From Tubulanus polymorphus (Eukaryota > Animalia > Nemertea): DNA of 64,000 nt. The notes below the pieces were generated by a model. The model searched no databases and was not told the DNA's origin. It worked only from the letters and a program-made list of their open reading frames with translations. The first letter of the stretch is position 1. Each line of letters opens with the position of its first letter. The position numbers and the translations under genes are program-made. Positions 40,958 through 54,251 of the stretch are shown here, piece by piece. The stretch spans positions 395,950 to 459,949 of the forward strand of contig NC_134026.1 in the NCBI RefSeq assembly GCF_964204645.1, written 5' to 3'.

Positions 40958-43363
40958 TCATTTACGAGAATCTTTTTTCCTCAGAGTTTGTCCCTCGCCT
41001 CCGAAAGCTGCAAAATCTTCGATTTTCTCATCCTTCTGAAATAGGAACAATACCTCAGGCTCAGTGAAACTTTAAAACAAATCTACACATCAATCAATAA
41101 ATTTAACAAACTTACTCCGTGACCGTTCTGTTGAGGTCGAGATGTTCTTATGAATGTTAATGTTCCCTTTTTGTAGTTATAATTCGGAATTCCTCTAGAA
41201 AACGGAATGATAATCAAATCATTATTAGTAAGTGAGAAAAGTCTTGGAACACAAAAAGTAACTGAAATGTACCCTAGTATTTATACCTTCTCTCAGGATT
41301 ATTTGATGATTTGTCTTCTGAAAATGATTCTGAACCTTTCCTTTTTCCATCTAATCTGTTTCCCGAACCACTAAATGCCTAAACCGAAATATATCGACAA
41401 TATTAGACGTCGAATTTACACAAATTATCAATCCGCCTCTCTGAATAAAAGTACTTACTCTGAATCTATCATCTGGTATTTCTGGAATATCTACTGCCAT
41501 TTCCTGTCAAATAAGTGAAAATTAAATTACTAAGTAACGCAGGGTCCCTACAGATCGTGGATATAAGGAGTTTTAAAAGAGAAAATTTCAAGGAGCGTCT
41601 GCAGATAGCAGGTAGGCTTACCTCTTCTTGTTTGTGTTTACGTGGAACACGTTCTGGTTCCTGGTATCCGACTGGTGCAGCGAACTCCACCTGAAACGTG
41701 ATATATATTTATAACTGCACATTCACAGAAAACGAATAAATGCGAAAAATAATTGAAGAATAAAACTTACATTCATATCACATTCGATGATCGAAACCGC
41801 ATTTCCTGGTTTCGTTTCGAGCACGCACAATTCATAAATCTGATAAAATGATAAAATTTAACTTATCTAAGCCTGAAACGTTGTATCAAATGTAAACTTG
41901 TCTTCCTATTTTGTAATACTTACTCGTTCGTTGTATTTGATAGCGACCATATCTCCTTTACTTAAACACGCAAAATTTCTCAACGCATTTTCCAACCTTA
42001 AGTTACAAGTCAAAGAAAAAGAACTCATCAAAATTCTAAAATTGATGCGTTATACTATATAATGAAATGAAAGGATACACTGCTTTAGGATTTGTGATGT
42101 CTAAGAATTCTGTGCTTTGAGGCTGAAATTTAGCGAATGTAGCAATAGGTAGTGATACACTCTCTAGTTGGACGAGTCCACCTTCTTCTAGTAACAGATT
42201 TCTCATCATCTATAAAAACAGAATTATGATAAAATATAGTTGAATAATCTAATGCATCAGTTTGTGCTGATAACTGGTGTTTGTAGTAGACTGATGATGA
42301 TGTATACTGACCCAGTAAGGTAGATAGATCCTGCCTTCATCAGCTACAAACTCGAGCACTCCGCAATGAGTATCTCTGTGAGATCTTTGATTCGTTAGTT
42401 TAAACAACATAGGATACTGAATATTGAGACGAGCTGAAAATAAATTCATATCAATTCATTAAGAATCCATTCTATACGATAACTAAATATCTATATCTCA
42501 GAGTCAGATGGGAGAACTACTTACTCAGCTGATCTAACGCCGAGGGCGGCATGATTACTGAAAAATAGCCAAAAAAAAATGATAATTATCATCAACAAAC
42601 TTTCAAGTTAGTTTTCTTGATTACTTTAGACAAAGGAATCACAGAGAATACATACTTTTGCCTCCTCTTTCTACAAAAGGACGTTCCTGACCCGGTAACA
42701 TAGATACTGAATAACATCTGTATGTAACTTTAAAATTACCGGGAAAAGGAAAAATGCCTTCACCTCTGTAACTGAACTGAAAAACAAAACAGACAGCAAA
42801 TTAAACATTATACTCACTAGACTGACAATGTGTTATATTCAAAAAAATTAGAATGAATACACTAGTGAATGAATACACTAGTGAATGAATACACTAGTGA
42901 ATGAATACACTAGTGAATGAATACACTAGTGAATGAATACACTAGTGAATGAATACACTTAGTGAATGAATACACTAGTGAATGAATACACTAGTGAATG
43001 AATACACTAGTGAATGAATACACTAGTGAATGAATACACTAGTGAATGAATACACTAGTGAATGAATACACTTAGTGAATGAATACACTAGTGAATGAAT
43101 ACACTAGTGAATGAATACACTAGTGAATGAATACACTTAGTGAATGAATACACTAGTGAATGAATACACTAGTGAATGAATACACTAGTGAATGAATACA
43201 CTAGTGAATGAATACACTAGTGAATGAATACACTAGTGAATGAATACACTAGTGAATGAATACACTAGTGAATGAATACACTTAGTGAATGAATACACTA
43301 GTGAATGAATACACTAGTAAATGAATACACTAGTGAATGAATACACTAGTGAATACCTACCAT
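40958..43363 (-). CDS. UFD1: Ubiquitin fusion degradation protein 1, multi-exon
   Basis: First exon contributes only the ATG (43363-43361) before a GTAGGT donor; [127 protein letters not shown]. Confidence 0.95.
42851..43356. repeat. 16-bp minisatellite, ~31 copies, in UFD1 intron 1
   Basis: GAATGAATACACTAGT tandem array abutting the first UFD1 donor. Confidence 0.95.
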
Positions 43364-43958
43364 TTTGTTCAACTGTAGTCAAAGATAGTGTAGAGAGAAC
43401 ACTGTAAAAATAGAAAACTGTGAATGTTATCAGGAGTGCGGCGCGAGACACTGACGGTTATTCTTCAAACACCCAATAGACAATTTCCATTTTCGGGAAA
43501 TTATGATCTAGCCGGGTTAAGTAAATTATGATCTAGCCGGGTTAAGTTTAAAAAGAGTAATTTTCAGTTGATTTTTTAATGATTTTCAAAATTCAAGTGA
43601 CTCAGCTAATCCAAAATTAAGTCCATATACGTGTTTTCTCAAAACAGCTGATGATAAAGTTTGACATTTCATTCGTTAACGATCAATTCTGACTCCAATG
43701 TCACAAGTTACGCGTAATCAAAATATTCCAAACGATTCTTAAAATATTCATTAACATTCTATCATCAAATTGATAAAAATACCTTCTCGAACTGAGCGTA
43801 GAGCTGTCAAATAGACGAGTCGCGGATCATCAACACAAACAGACCAGATGAGAAGCCGATTACGTATTATAGCGTTTGTGGAGCTGGATGCAGTGCCGCA
43901 CAAATTAAACCCATGTAAACCCGTTTAATTCCTTCCCAAGTCGTTATTCAGCTTCCAG
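43364..43958. promoter_or_regulatory. Bidirectional promoter UFD1/CDC45
   Basis: Divergent start codons ~600 bp apart; E2F-like GCGGCGCGAGA and TTTCGGGAAA; 25-bp direct duplication at ~43498-43547. Confidence 0.65.
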
Positions 43959-46900
43959 ATGGTCGTCATCAAAGATTTTCGACGGGATTTCTATGAAACA
44001 ATTCATGGACAGGTAAGGGGAACGAGAGGGGGTCCACGAGGAGCTGAAAACATCGAGAAATTCGATCAAATATCACCTCAGGTTGTACTAATTACTGACA
44101 AGAATCGATCTGTAACACTGTTTCCATTTCAGAGGATTTTGGTTCTCGTAGCTTTTGATGTCGATGCACTTTGCGCTCTTAAAATATTACAGGTAGCCTA
44201 AATAGATATCAACGTGAGATAAGATTTCATTTCCAATGGGAAAAACATTGCTTTTTCTAAATTTGGTCATTGTCAATTAATAGTAAGTGACAGATATGAT
44301 ATGTGTTTTTTCTGCAGTATCTGTTCCAATGTGATCAAGTATTATATACGATTGTGCCAGTTGCTGGACGGCAGGATATGGATCGAGCATTCATCGAAAA
44401 TGGAGAAGGTGTAAGTACAAAAAGTGTGGACCTATTTACAACTGTGGAACTTGATCCGGCGGAAACATTTTGAGCTCTATTTCAGATCAAATACGTATTG
44501 TTATTAAACTGTGGAGGTTGTATGGATATAGTAGAACAGTTACAACCGCCTGACGATGTGGTATTCTTCATCTGTGACAGGTAAATACTAACAATCACCG
44601 ATTCCATTGTTGACCTCAGTTGTATCGATCTGTTGTATGAATATTATTTTATTATTTCAGTCATCGTCCAATTGATGTGCATAATATATACAACGTGAAA
44701 CAAGTGAAAATTCTCGCCAAATCTCACGACTTACAGGACGTTCCGGAATTCGATGATGTTTTTAGAGATGAGGTACTGTGAACTATAGCTTGATTCTGAA
44801 GTGAATCTATCGTCTGATGACTTATTGACTTATGACTTATTGATGTTGATATTTCTATTGCATGTCATTTCCTATGTAACCTGTATATTATATGGAGCAA
44901 TAAAGTTTAAGTTCGTCTGGTTTTGATTGTAATGTTTTCAGTCGGATGACGACGATTCTGGAAATGAAAGCGAAGGATCAGAAGCGTCCGGTAAGAAACG
45001 TAGATTTGATGAAGACGCGATTGAAAAGAGACGAGCGAAAAGACTGTGGGAGGAAAACAGGTGAAATGCATACACAATGTTCGAACCACGATGAAAGCTT
45101 CATTTTTATTTGAAAAAAAAAAAACGAAATTGTTTTGAATCTAATGTTAATTTTGTAGGGAGAAGATTTTGTATGAATATACAGAGTTCACTTATCAGGG
45201 ATGTTCGGTAAATATCAATTCAACTTCTTTTTATTTACCGCATCTTTCAAAATCATTTATTGACATCATTCAATTCTCGATTGAAGGCGGCTATGACAGT
45301 TTTTGAAATGGCTTGGAAAATGTCTAAGGATACGAATGACTTGTTGTGGTAAGTACACAATTTCAGTCTAGAAATCGGCTTAAGTTTTGAAAATAGTCTT
45401 ATTTCACTTCGATTGCCTGTCCTTAGTTTCTACGCTATTACAGAGATATTTAGTTTCTATCTGTAGGATTGCTTGTTTTATATCTGTAGGATTACTTGTT
45501 TTATATCTGTAGGATTACTTGTTTTCTATCTGTAGGATTGCTTGTTTTATATCTGTAGGATTACTTGTTTTCTATCTGTAGGATTGCTTGTTTTATATCT
45601 GTAGGATTACTTGTTTTCTATGTGTAGGTAAACTTGTTTTCTATCTGTAGGATTACTTGTTTTCTATCTGTAGGATTACTTGTTTTATATCTGTAGGATT
45701 ACTTGTTTTCTATCTGTAGGATTGCTTGTTTTATATATGTAGGATTACTTGTTTTCTATGTGTAGGTAAACTTGTTTTCTATCTGTAGGTAAACTTGTTT
45801 TCTATCTGTAGGATTACTTGTTTTCTATCTGTAGGATTACTTGTTTTATATCTGTAGGATTACTTGTTTTCTATCTGTAGGATTACTTGTTTTCTATCTG
45901 TAGGATTGCTTGTATAGGACTTACAGATCAATACATTCACTATAAAATCAATAGAGAGAAGTATGTTGATTGTATTGGAGATTTACAGAATCATGTTTCG
46001 CGTCTGAATCACAGGTAACAATCGACACTCAACTCATTCATACAAATACTGAGGTGATCATTAATTACTAATATATGACAATGAATGATTTCCTTTTAAA
46101 GAGGAGCCGATGAAGAAAGCCGAATTTCAGTGGATTGTTTGAAAGTATCTTTTGAAGATGATATGTTATTGAACTTGTATAGACATTGGACATTGTACGA
46201 TAGTCTTTGTCATTCGGCTGTTTCTGCTTGTCAGTTTAAAATCTGGACGATGAAAGGAAAGAAAAGATTAGATGAGTTTTTAGCTGATATGGGGTGAGTT
46301 GCATTTGTCCAACGTCTCTTGAAACAGTAAAACAGTGATTATTAGCTGAATTTTTATTGATTTAATAGATTACCGTTAAGTCAATGTCGACAGAAGTATT
46401 CAGCTATGGATATGAGTTTGAGAAATTCCGTTAAGGAAATGATTGAAACTAAGAGTGAAAAATATGGGTAAAGTAACATTCTTTCATTTAGACCTCCCTT
46501 TGTTTAATATGGGCCGTTCTAAAATGAATTATTTCTATTTTTACAGGATTTCAACGCGTGATATTTTCTTGCCGTCGTTTGTAGCTCAGTACGGGTTTAA
46601 GAATAGATTGAGTGCTATGGATGCTGCGTACGCCTGTGCTGCGCTATTAGAGTCTGTGGTAAGCATTGTTTGTTATATTTCGATCCTGATTGATTTTAGA
46701 TATTGTTTGTTTAATTCAAACTTAGTCGTTAAAATTATGGCATTTGTTTTAGGATAAAAATAAGGCAGATTCGGACAAGTATCTCAATGCTTTAGATTTG
46801 TTATCGAGGTGAGAACATACGTAATTTTGTAGGAATCGTTTTTTCATCCCCTTGTCCACTATTTACATCTTTATTTATTCTTTCTTTAGGTCGAATAGAC

Positions 46901-48203
46901 AAGTTCTTCAAGTAGGTTTAGATTTTGCTAAAATGCAGGTGAAAGCGATCGTGAATCAGGTTCAAACATTTCTCGATATGAATCAGATAATTTCCGCAGG
47001 ACCGTTTCTTTACGCGTTTATCACTGAGGTACGTTTACCATTCATCATCATCAGTACCCAGTTCTACAGTTGTAACTTTACTCCAAAGGGTAATTAAATC
47101 TTAAGACTGGTCTTAAGTTGTTAGTTAGGCTATAGAACTAAGTTGGTAAGTTGGTCTTAGAGACTGGTCATTTTGGCTAACAACTGTTAGCCATCATCAG
47201 GTGTACTGGGTACTACAATATGCCTGATGATGGCTAACAATTGTTAGCCGAAACGTCGCTCCTCAAATATAATCATTCTGATATAGAATTTTTCAATCTT
47301 GGCTTCGTTATTGTGGGATTTCTCTCGTTAAAACCCACTGTATACAAATTCAGAAAATTTAAAATGAAATTTATTACCCCTTGGTATCAAAGAGAAATCA
47401 GATCAGAGTTTCACACTCTCCTGAGACTATCATAAGATGTTGTTAAGAAATAGAATCTTGGGGGGGGGGGGGCGGCGGGGATTCAATCATACACAGGGTG
47501 AGTTACTCTCTAAGTGAGTTGGTAATTTATTGATTTTGGATCTGATTATCTATTGTGATTATCTATGTAATTTATTTATATTTATCTAACAGGGAACGGC
47601 TGATATAAAATTTTTCTCGAGACCGATTTGTCTTCAGCGTTTGGCTAAATTCACTCTTCAAGCTCACGTAGCGATGGTAAAATTAACATCACTGTTCAAT
47701 TCTTGTTGCTGTGTAAACGTCTGCATTATTTCATGATCAGTATTTTCTCTGTTTTCTCGTTCTAGAGTCGCAGTAAGAAAGCTCCACAGTTACCTCTAAT
47801 AGTCGGTGCTCCGATGGATTCAGAAATTGGAATGACACTAATTTGCGGTATTCCTCCCTTAGCCGAGGACGATGGTAAAAAGTAAGTGACTCAGTTCCAT
47901 CCTCTTCTGCCAAGGACCTCACCTGGCGTCCTGTTAATACCTCGAGTTCAAACGATATTTATTTCGTGTTTTTCTGCTAGTGTTTATGGTAAAGCATTTG
48001 AACAAGCAGCGATCAATACAAACGCTAGAATCTTACAGGATAGTTTTGATACACACAGTAAGTTCACTTATTCAACTGATAACTATGAGACTGAATTTGT
48101 ATGGAATATAAGTGTTTATGTTTTGTGATATTTTTCAGTTGTTGAATTACAGACCGCCGATAGAAGTAAATTCTTTGATGCGCTCATCGCTCTAATGCAG
48201 TAA
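43959..48203 (+). CDS. CDC45: Cell division control protein 45, multi-exon
   Basis: MVVIKDFRRDFYE; VAFDVDALCALKILQYLFQCD; LLNCGG; FFICDSHRPIDVHNIY; acidic insertion; NDLLWIACIGLTDQ; LYRHWTLYDSL; FLADMGLPL; YGKAFEQAA; DRSKFFDALIALMQ* (stop 48201-48203). Confidence 0.95.
45452..45912 (+). repeat. 23-bp minisatellite made of repeated CDC45 splice acceptors
   Basis: About 20 copies of GATT(A/G)CTTGTTTT(C/A)TATCTGTAG; the last AG (45902-45903) is the in-frame acceptor. Confidence 0.95.
47171..47260 (+). ncRNA. Penelope-type minimal hammerhead ribozyme-like motif with an inverted copy
   Basis: CTGATGA (47224-47230), T, stem GGCTAAC-AATT-GTTAGCC, GAAA, CGTC; inverted partial copy at 47171-47201. 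Confidence 0.5.
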
Positions 48204-50703
48204 CAACAGAAAAAAAACATTTTTGAATTCTTTTGAAATGTATTTCATGAAAACTCGGACACAATAGTTACTGCACTGTAGACTTCATTCAAGTTCAGAT
48301 AATCATTTAACGTGGATTTTTGTTGAAATATATTTCTCGGAGCTATCATTCATGTTGTATGAAATCTGATTAATTAGCTGATCTAAACTTGAGCGGTCTA
48401 CCCGATCAATGTATGATGGTTATATTTATGTTATTCATTCCAAACAGATCCATTAAACAATAAATGGTGCTCTTCTTATATTTAATGGTTTCAATTAAAA
48501 AAAGAAAAACGTGTAATTAAAATCTATTGTACATAAATAGATAACTAGATCTATAAACACATGTACTTATTATTTTGTATTATTTGGCGCTTGTATTTTC
48601 AGTAAAATCTACAATATTTATTATTTTGTAAATGTGTTAAAATGTGACTACATGTAACTAGTTGTTCTTTGCTTCTTTGTGCTAAACATCTTTTCAAATC
48701 ACTTGTGTAACTTAGACAGGAACCTATCTGATGAACTTTTGTATTTTTGCTACTTAATTCTGAATTATTGTGATAAATAAATTATTTCCATTATTTATTT
48801 GGTTTTGTTAATACATGGCAGTTGGATAAGCTTGATGGATCTTTCCCAATCTGAAAAGAAATCAGTACATCCTCTATTCAGCATCAGTACCGCTCTGAAT
48901 CAGTTATCAGTAATTACTTAAGATATCAACATTTTACCGTATGGTGCTGTCTCTATGCTCATCGTTAGCGGGATTTTCATACACTAACGTTAGTCAACTC
49001 TGGCAAGCTAGGGTTACGGAGTATAACTGGACAGCACGTCGATTGCCAGAGTTGACTTTAGTTAGTGTATGAAAATCCCGCTAACGATGAGCATAAGGGC
49101 AGCACTGTACGGTCAGGAAACTCCTGTACATCCTTTATTCAGCATCAGGACAACTCTGAATCAGTATCAGTAATTACTGGGTTTGAACCGGGGACACCCT
49201 GTACATCCTCTATTCAGCATCAGGACCACTCTGAATCAGCATCAGTAATTACTGGGTTCGAACCTGGACACCCCAGTACATCCTCCATTCAGCATCAGGG
49301 CCACTCTGAATCAGTATCAGTAATTACTGGGTTCGAACTCGGGACATCCTCGTACATCCTCTATTCAACATCCGTACCGCTCTGAATCAGTTATCAGTAA
49401 TTACTTTTGTTAAGACATCAACATTTTACCGTACGGTGCTGCCTCTATGCTCATCGTTTGCGGGATTTTTATACACTAACGTTAGTCAACTCTGGCAAGC
49501 TAAGGTCACGGAGTATAACTGGACAGCACGTCGATTGCCAGAGTTGACTTTAGTTAGTGTATGAAAATCCCGCTAACGATGAGCATAGGGGCAGCACTGT
49601 ACGGTCAGGAAACTCCTGTACATCCTTTATTCAGCATCAGGACAACTCTGAATCAGTATCAGTAATTACTGGGTTTGAACCGGGGACACCCTGTACATCC
49701 TCTATTCAGCATCAGGACCACTCTGAATCAGCATCAGTAATTACTGGGTTCGAACCTGGACACCCCAGTACATCCTCCATTCAGCATCAGGGCCACTCTG
49801 AATCAGTATCAGTAATTACTGGGTTCGAACCCGGGACATCCTCGTACATCCTCTATTCAACATCAGTACCGCTCTGAATCAGTTATCAGTAATTACTTTT
49901 GTTAAGATATCGACATTTTACCGTACGGTGCTGCCTCTATGCTCATCGTTAGCGGGATTTTTATACACTAACGTTAGTCAACTCTGGCAAGCTAAGGTCA
50001 CGGAGTATAACTGGACAGCACGTCGATTGCCAGAGTTGACTTTAGTTAGTGTATGAAAATCCCGCTAACGATGAGCATAGGGGCATCACTGTACGGTCAG
50101 GAAACTCCTGTACATCCTTTATTCAGCATCAGGACGACTCTGAATCAGTATCAGTAATTACTGGGTTTGAACCGGGGACACCCTGTACATCCTCTATTCA
50201 GCATCAGGACCACTCTGAATCAGCATCAGTAATTACTGGGTTCGAACATGGACACCCCAGTACATCCTCCATTCAGCATCAGGGCCACTCTGAATCAGTA
50301 TCAGTAATTACTGGGTTCGAACCCGGGACATCCTCGTACATCCTCTATTCAACATCAGTACCGCTCTGAATCAGTTATCAGTAATTACTTTTGTTAAGAT
50401 ATCAACATTTTACCGTACGGTGCTGCCTCTATGCTCATCGTTAGCGGGATTTTTATACACTAACGTTAGTCAACTCTGGCGAGCTAAGGTCACGGAGTAT
50501 AACTGGACAGCACGTCGATTGCCAGATTTGACTTTAGTTAGTGTATGAAAATCCCGCTAACGATGAGCATAGCGGCAGCACTGTACGGTCGGGACACCCC
50601 TGTACATCCTTTATTCAGCATCAGGACAACTCTGAATCGGTATCAGTAATTACTGGATTCGAACCCGGGATACTCCTGTACATCCTCTATTCAGCATCAG
50701 GTT

Positions 50704-51430
50704 GTTTCAGTTGTTGAATTACAGACCGCCGATAGAAGTAAATTCTTTGATGCGCTCATCGCTCTAATGCAGTAACAACAGAACAAAAACATATTTGAAT
50801 TCTTTCGAAATGTATTTCATGAAAACTCGGACACAATAGTAACTGCACTGTAGACTTCATTCAAGTTCAGATAATCATTTAACGTGGATTTTTGTTGAAA
50901 TGTATTTCTCGGAGCTATCATTCATGTTGTATGAAATCTGATTAATTAGCTGATCTAAACTTGAGCGGTCTACCCGATCAATGTATGATGGTTATATTTA
51001 TGCTATTCATTCCAAACAGATCCATTAAACAATAAATGGTGCTTTTCTTATATTTAATGGTTTCGATTAAAAAAAGAAAAACGTGTAATTAAAATCTATT
51101 GTACATAAATAGATAACTAGATCTATAAACACATGTACTTATTATTTTGTATTATTTGGCGCTTGTATTTTCAGTAAAATCTACAATATTTATTATTTTG
51201 TAAATGTGTTAAAATGTGACTACATGTAACTAGTTGTTCTTTGCTTCTTTGTGCTAAACATCTTTTCAAATCACTTGTGTAACTTAGACAGGAACCTATC
51301 TGATGAACTTTTGTATTTTTGCTACTTAATTCTGAATTATTGTGATAAATAAATTATTTCCATTATTTATTTGGTTTTGTTAATACATGGCAGTTGGATA
51401 AGCTTGATGGATCTTTCCCAATCTGAAAAG
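50704..51430 (+). pseudogene. Duplicated CDC45 terminal exon plus 3' UTR
   Basis: Near-identical copy of ~48133-48860 at offset 2572, including TTTCAG acceptor, VELQTADRSKFFDALIALMQ and TAA (50711-50775). Confidence 0.9.
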
Positions 51431-53476
51431 AAATCAGTACATCCTCTATTCAGCATCAGTACCGCTCTGAATCAGTTATCAGTAATTACTTTAAAGATAT
51501 CAACATTTTACCGTATGGTGCTGTCTCTATGCTCATCGTTAGCGGGATTTTCATACACTAACGTTAGTCAACTCTGGCAAGCTAGGGTTACGGAGTATAA
51601 CTGGACAGCACGTCGATTGCCAGAGTTGACTTTAGTTAGTGTATGAAAATCCCGCTAACGATGAGCATAGGGGCAGCACTGTACGGTCAGGAAACTCCTG
51701 TACATCCTTTATTCAGCATCAGGACAACTCTGAATCAGTATCAGTAATTACTGGGTTTGAACCGGGGACACCCTGTACATCCTCTATTCAGCATCAGGAC
51801 CACTCTGAATCAGCATCAGTAATTACTGGGTTCGAACATGGACACCCCAGTACATCCTCCATTCAGCATCAGGGCCACTCTGAATCAGTATCAGTAATTA
51901 CTGGGTTCGAACCCGGGACATCCTCGTACATCCTCTATTCAACATCAGTACCGCTCTGAATCAGTTATCAGTAATTACTTTTGTTAAGATATCAACATTT
52001 TACCGTACGGTGCTGCCTCTATGCTCATCGTTAGCGGGATTTTTATACACTAACGTTAGTCAACTCTGGCAAGCTAAGGTCATGGAGTATAACTGGACAG
52101 CACGTCGATTGCCAGAGTTGACTTTAGTTAGTGTATGAAAATCCCGCTAACGATGAGCATAGCGGCAGCACTGTACGGTCGGGACACCCCTGTACATCCT
52201 TTATTCAGCATCAGGACAACTCTGAATCGGTATCAGTAATTACTGGATTCGAACCCGGGATACTCCTGTACATCCTCTATTCAGCATCAGGACCACTCTG
52301 AATCAGTATCAGTAATTGCTGGGTTTGAGCCCGAGATACCCCTGTACATCCTCTATTCAGCATCAGGACCTTGACTCTGAATCAGTATCAGTAATTACTG
52401 GGTTCGAACCCGGGACATCCCTGTACATCCTCTATTCAGCATCAGTAGCGCTCTGAATCAGTTATCAGTGATTACTTTAAAGATATCAACATTTTACCGT
52501 ATGGTGCTGTCTCTATGCTCATCGTTAGCGGGATTTTCATACACTAACGTTAGTCAACTCTGGCAAGCTAGGGTTACGGAGTATAACTGGACAGCACGTC
52601 GATTGCCAGAGTTGACTTTAGTTAGTGTATGAAAATCCCGCTAACGATGAGCATAGGGGCAGCACTGTACGGTCAGGAAACTCCTGTACATCCTTTATTC
52701 AGCATCAGGACGACTCTGAATCAGTATCAGTAATTACTGGGTTTGAACCGGGGACACCCTGTACATCCTCTATTCAGCATCAGGACCACTCTGAATCAGC
52801 ATCAGTAATTACTGGGTTCGAACCTGGACACCCCAGTACATCCTCCATTCAGCATCAGGGCCACTCTGAATCAGTATCAGTAATTACTGGGTTCGAACCC
52901 GGGACATCCTCGTACATCCTCTATTCAACATCAGTACCGCTCTGAATCAGTTATCAGTAATTACTTTTGTTAAGATATCAACATTTTACCGTACGGTGCT
53001 GCCTCTATGCTCATCGTTAGCGGGATTTTTATACACTAACGTTAGTCAACTCTGGCAAGCTACTGTCACGGAGTATAACTGGACAGCACGTCGATTGCCA
53101 GAGTTGACTTTAGTTAGTGTATGAAAATCCCGCTAACGATGAGCATAGGGGCAGCACTGTACGGTCAGGAAACTCCTGTACATCCTTTATTCAGCATCAG
53201 GACGACTCTGAATCAGTATCAGTAATTACTGGGTTTGAACCGGGGACACCCTGTACATCCTCTATTCAGCATCAGGACCACTCTGAATCAGCATCAGTAA
53301 TTACTGGGTTCGAACCTGGACACCCCAGTACATCCTCCATTCAGCATCAGGGCCACTCTGAATCAGTATCAGTAATTACTGGGTTCGAACCCGGGACATC
53401 CCTGTACATCCTCTATTCAGCATCAGTAGCGCTCTGAATCAGTTATCAGTGATTACTTTTGTTAAGATATCAACAT

Positions 53477-54251
53477 ACGAATACGAATACGAATACGAAT
53501 ACGAATATTTATTTACACTCCAACCATTCCCATGGTATATGGAGGAAAAACAGTATTTACAATTATTTACAAAAACAGTAGATAAAAGCACTTTGAAACA
53601 TAACAAACGTTATTTACAACATACTATTTACACACACTAACGGAGGGATCTATATACTAATTTGATAAATTTAGCAAGTTTAAAAGTTGGATTTTTGAAA
53701 ACATCAAGATTCCGAAAGGTATTTGAATTTAGGTAGCTTTCACGGAATACGGTAAGTAAGTTACAGTCAAAAATGAAATGTAGTTCGTCGCCTAAAACGT
53801 TACAGGTGGGACATAATCTATCGGTTCTCGGTAGATGGAGATTTGATAATTTATTTACAGGTAAGAGATAAGACCCGATCCTGAACTGGAATAAACTAGT
53901 TACTAAGTCGTCATCAAGCCGATTTATACAGTTTTCAAATCTAAAATCCTTCTTATATTGTCTAAAATTAATGTATAACGGGTTATTAATTAGCCTAAAT
54001 TCTGTCTCTTGCACATGCTGATCACGGAGTATACGGTGTAATTGTTTTGGAGAAGTCCTAGAGTTTACCATAGATTGTTGTGTCCAGATATACGAAAGGC
54101 CATAGTCATCAAAAGTCTTCTTAATAAATAACAGCCAGGGGCTCTTAAACCTATCATTCAGATATAAATTATAAGATATCTTATAGAGAATTGAACTAAG
54201 TTTACTTTGTTTGCACTCAATCGTTTTGACCCAAAAATTAATCATTCCACG
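53477..54251 (-). mobile_element. 5'-truncated non-LTR retrotransposon (RTE-X / CR1-L2-like C-terminus)
   Basis: Uninterrupted ORF with C-terminal zinc motif RLCPTCNVLGDELHFIFDC; AATAAA followed by (TATTCG)n 3' tail; CAT duplicated at both junctions; interrupts a satellite unit. Confidence 0.85.

Noticed and set aside
49120-49400. 75-bp subunits as a tRNA gene array
   Set aside because: Only a B-box/T-loop-like motif is visible; I could not build an acceptor stem, D-arm or anticodon arm.
49065-53437. Six near-identical 106-aa ORFs as a tandem gene family
   Set aside because: They start at a GTG inside the hairpin and simply read through 75-bp repeats; other units are frameshifted and there are no splice or domain signals.
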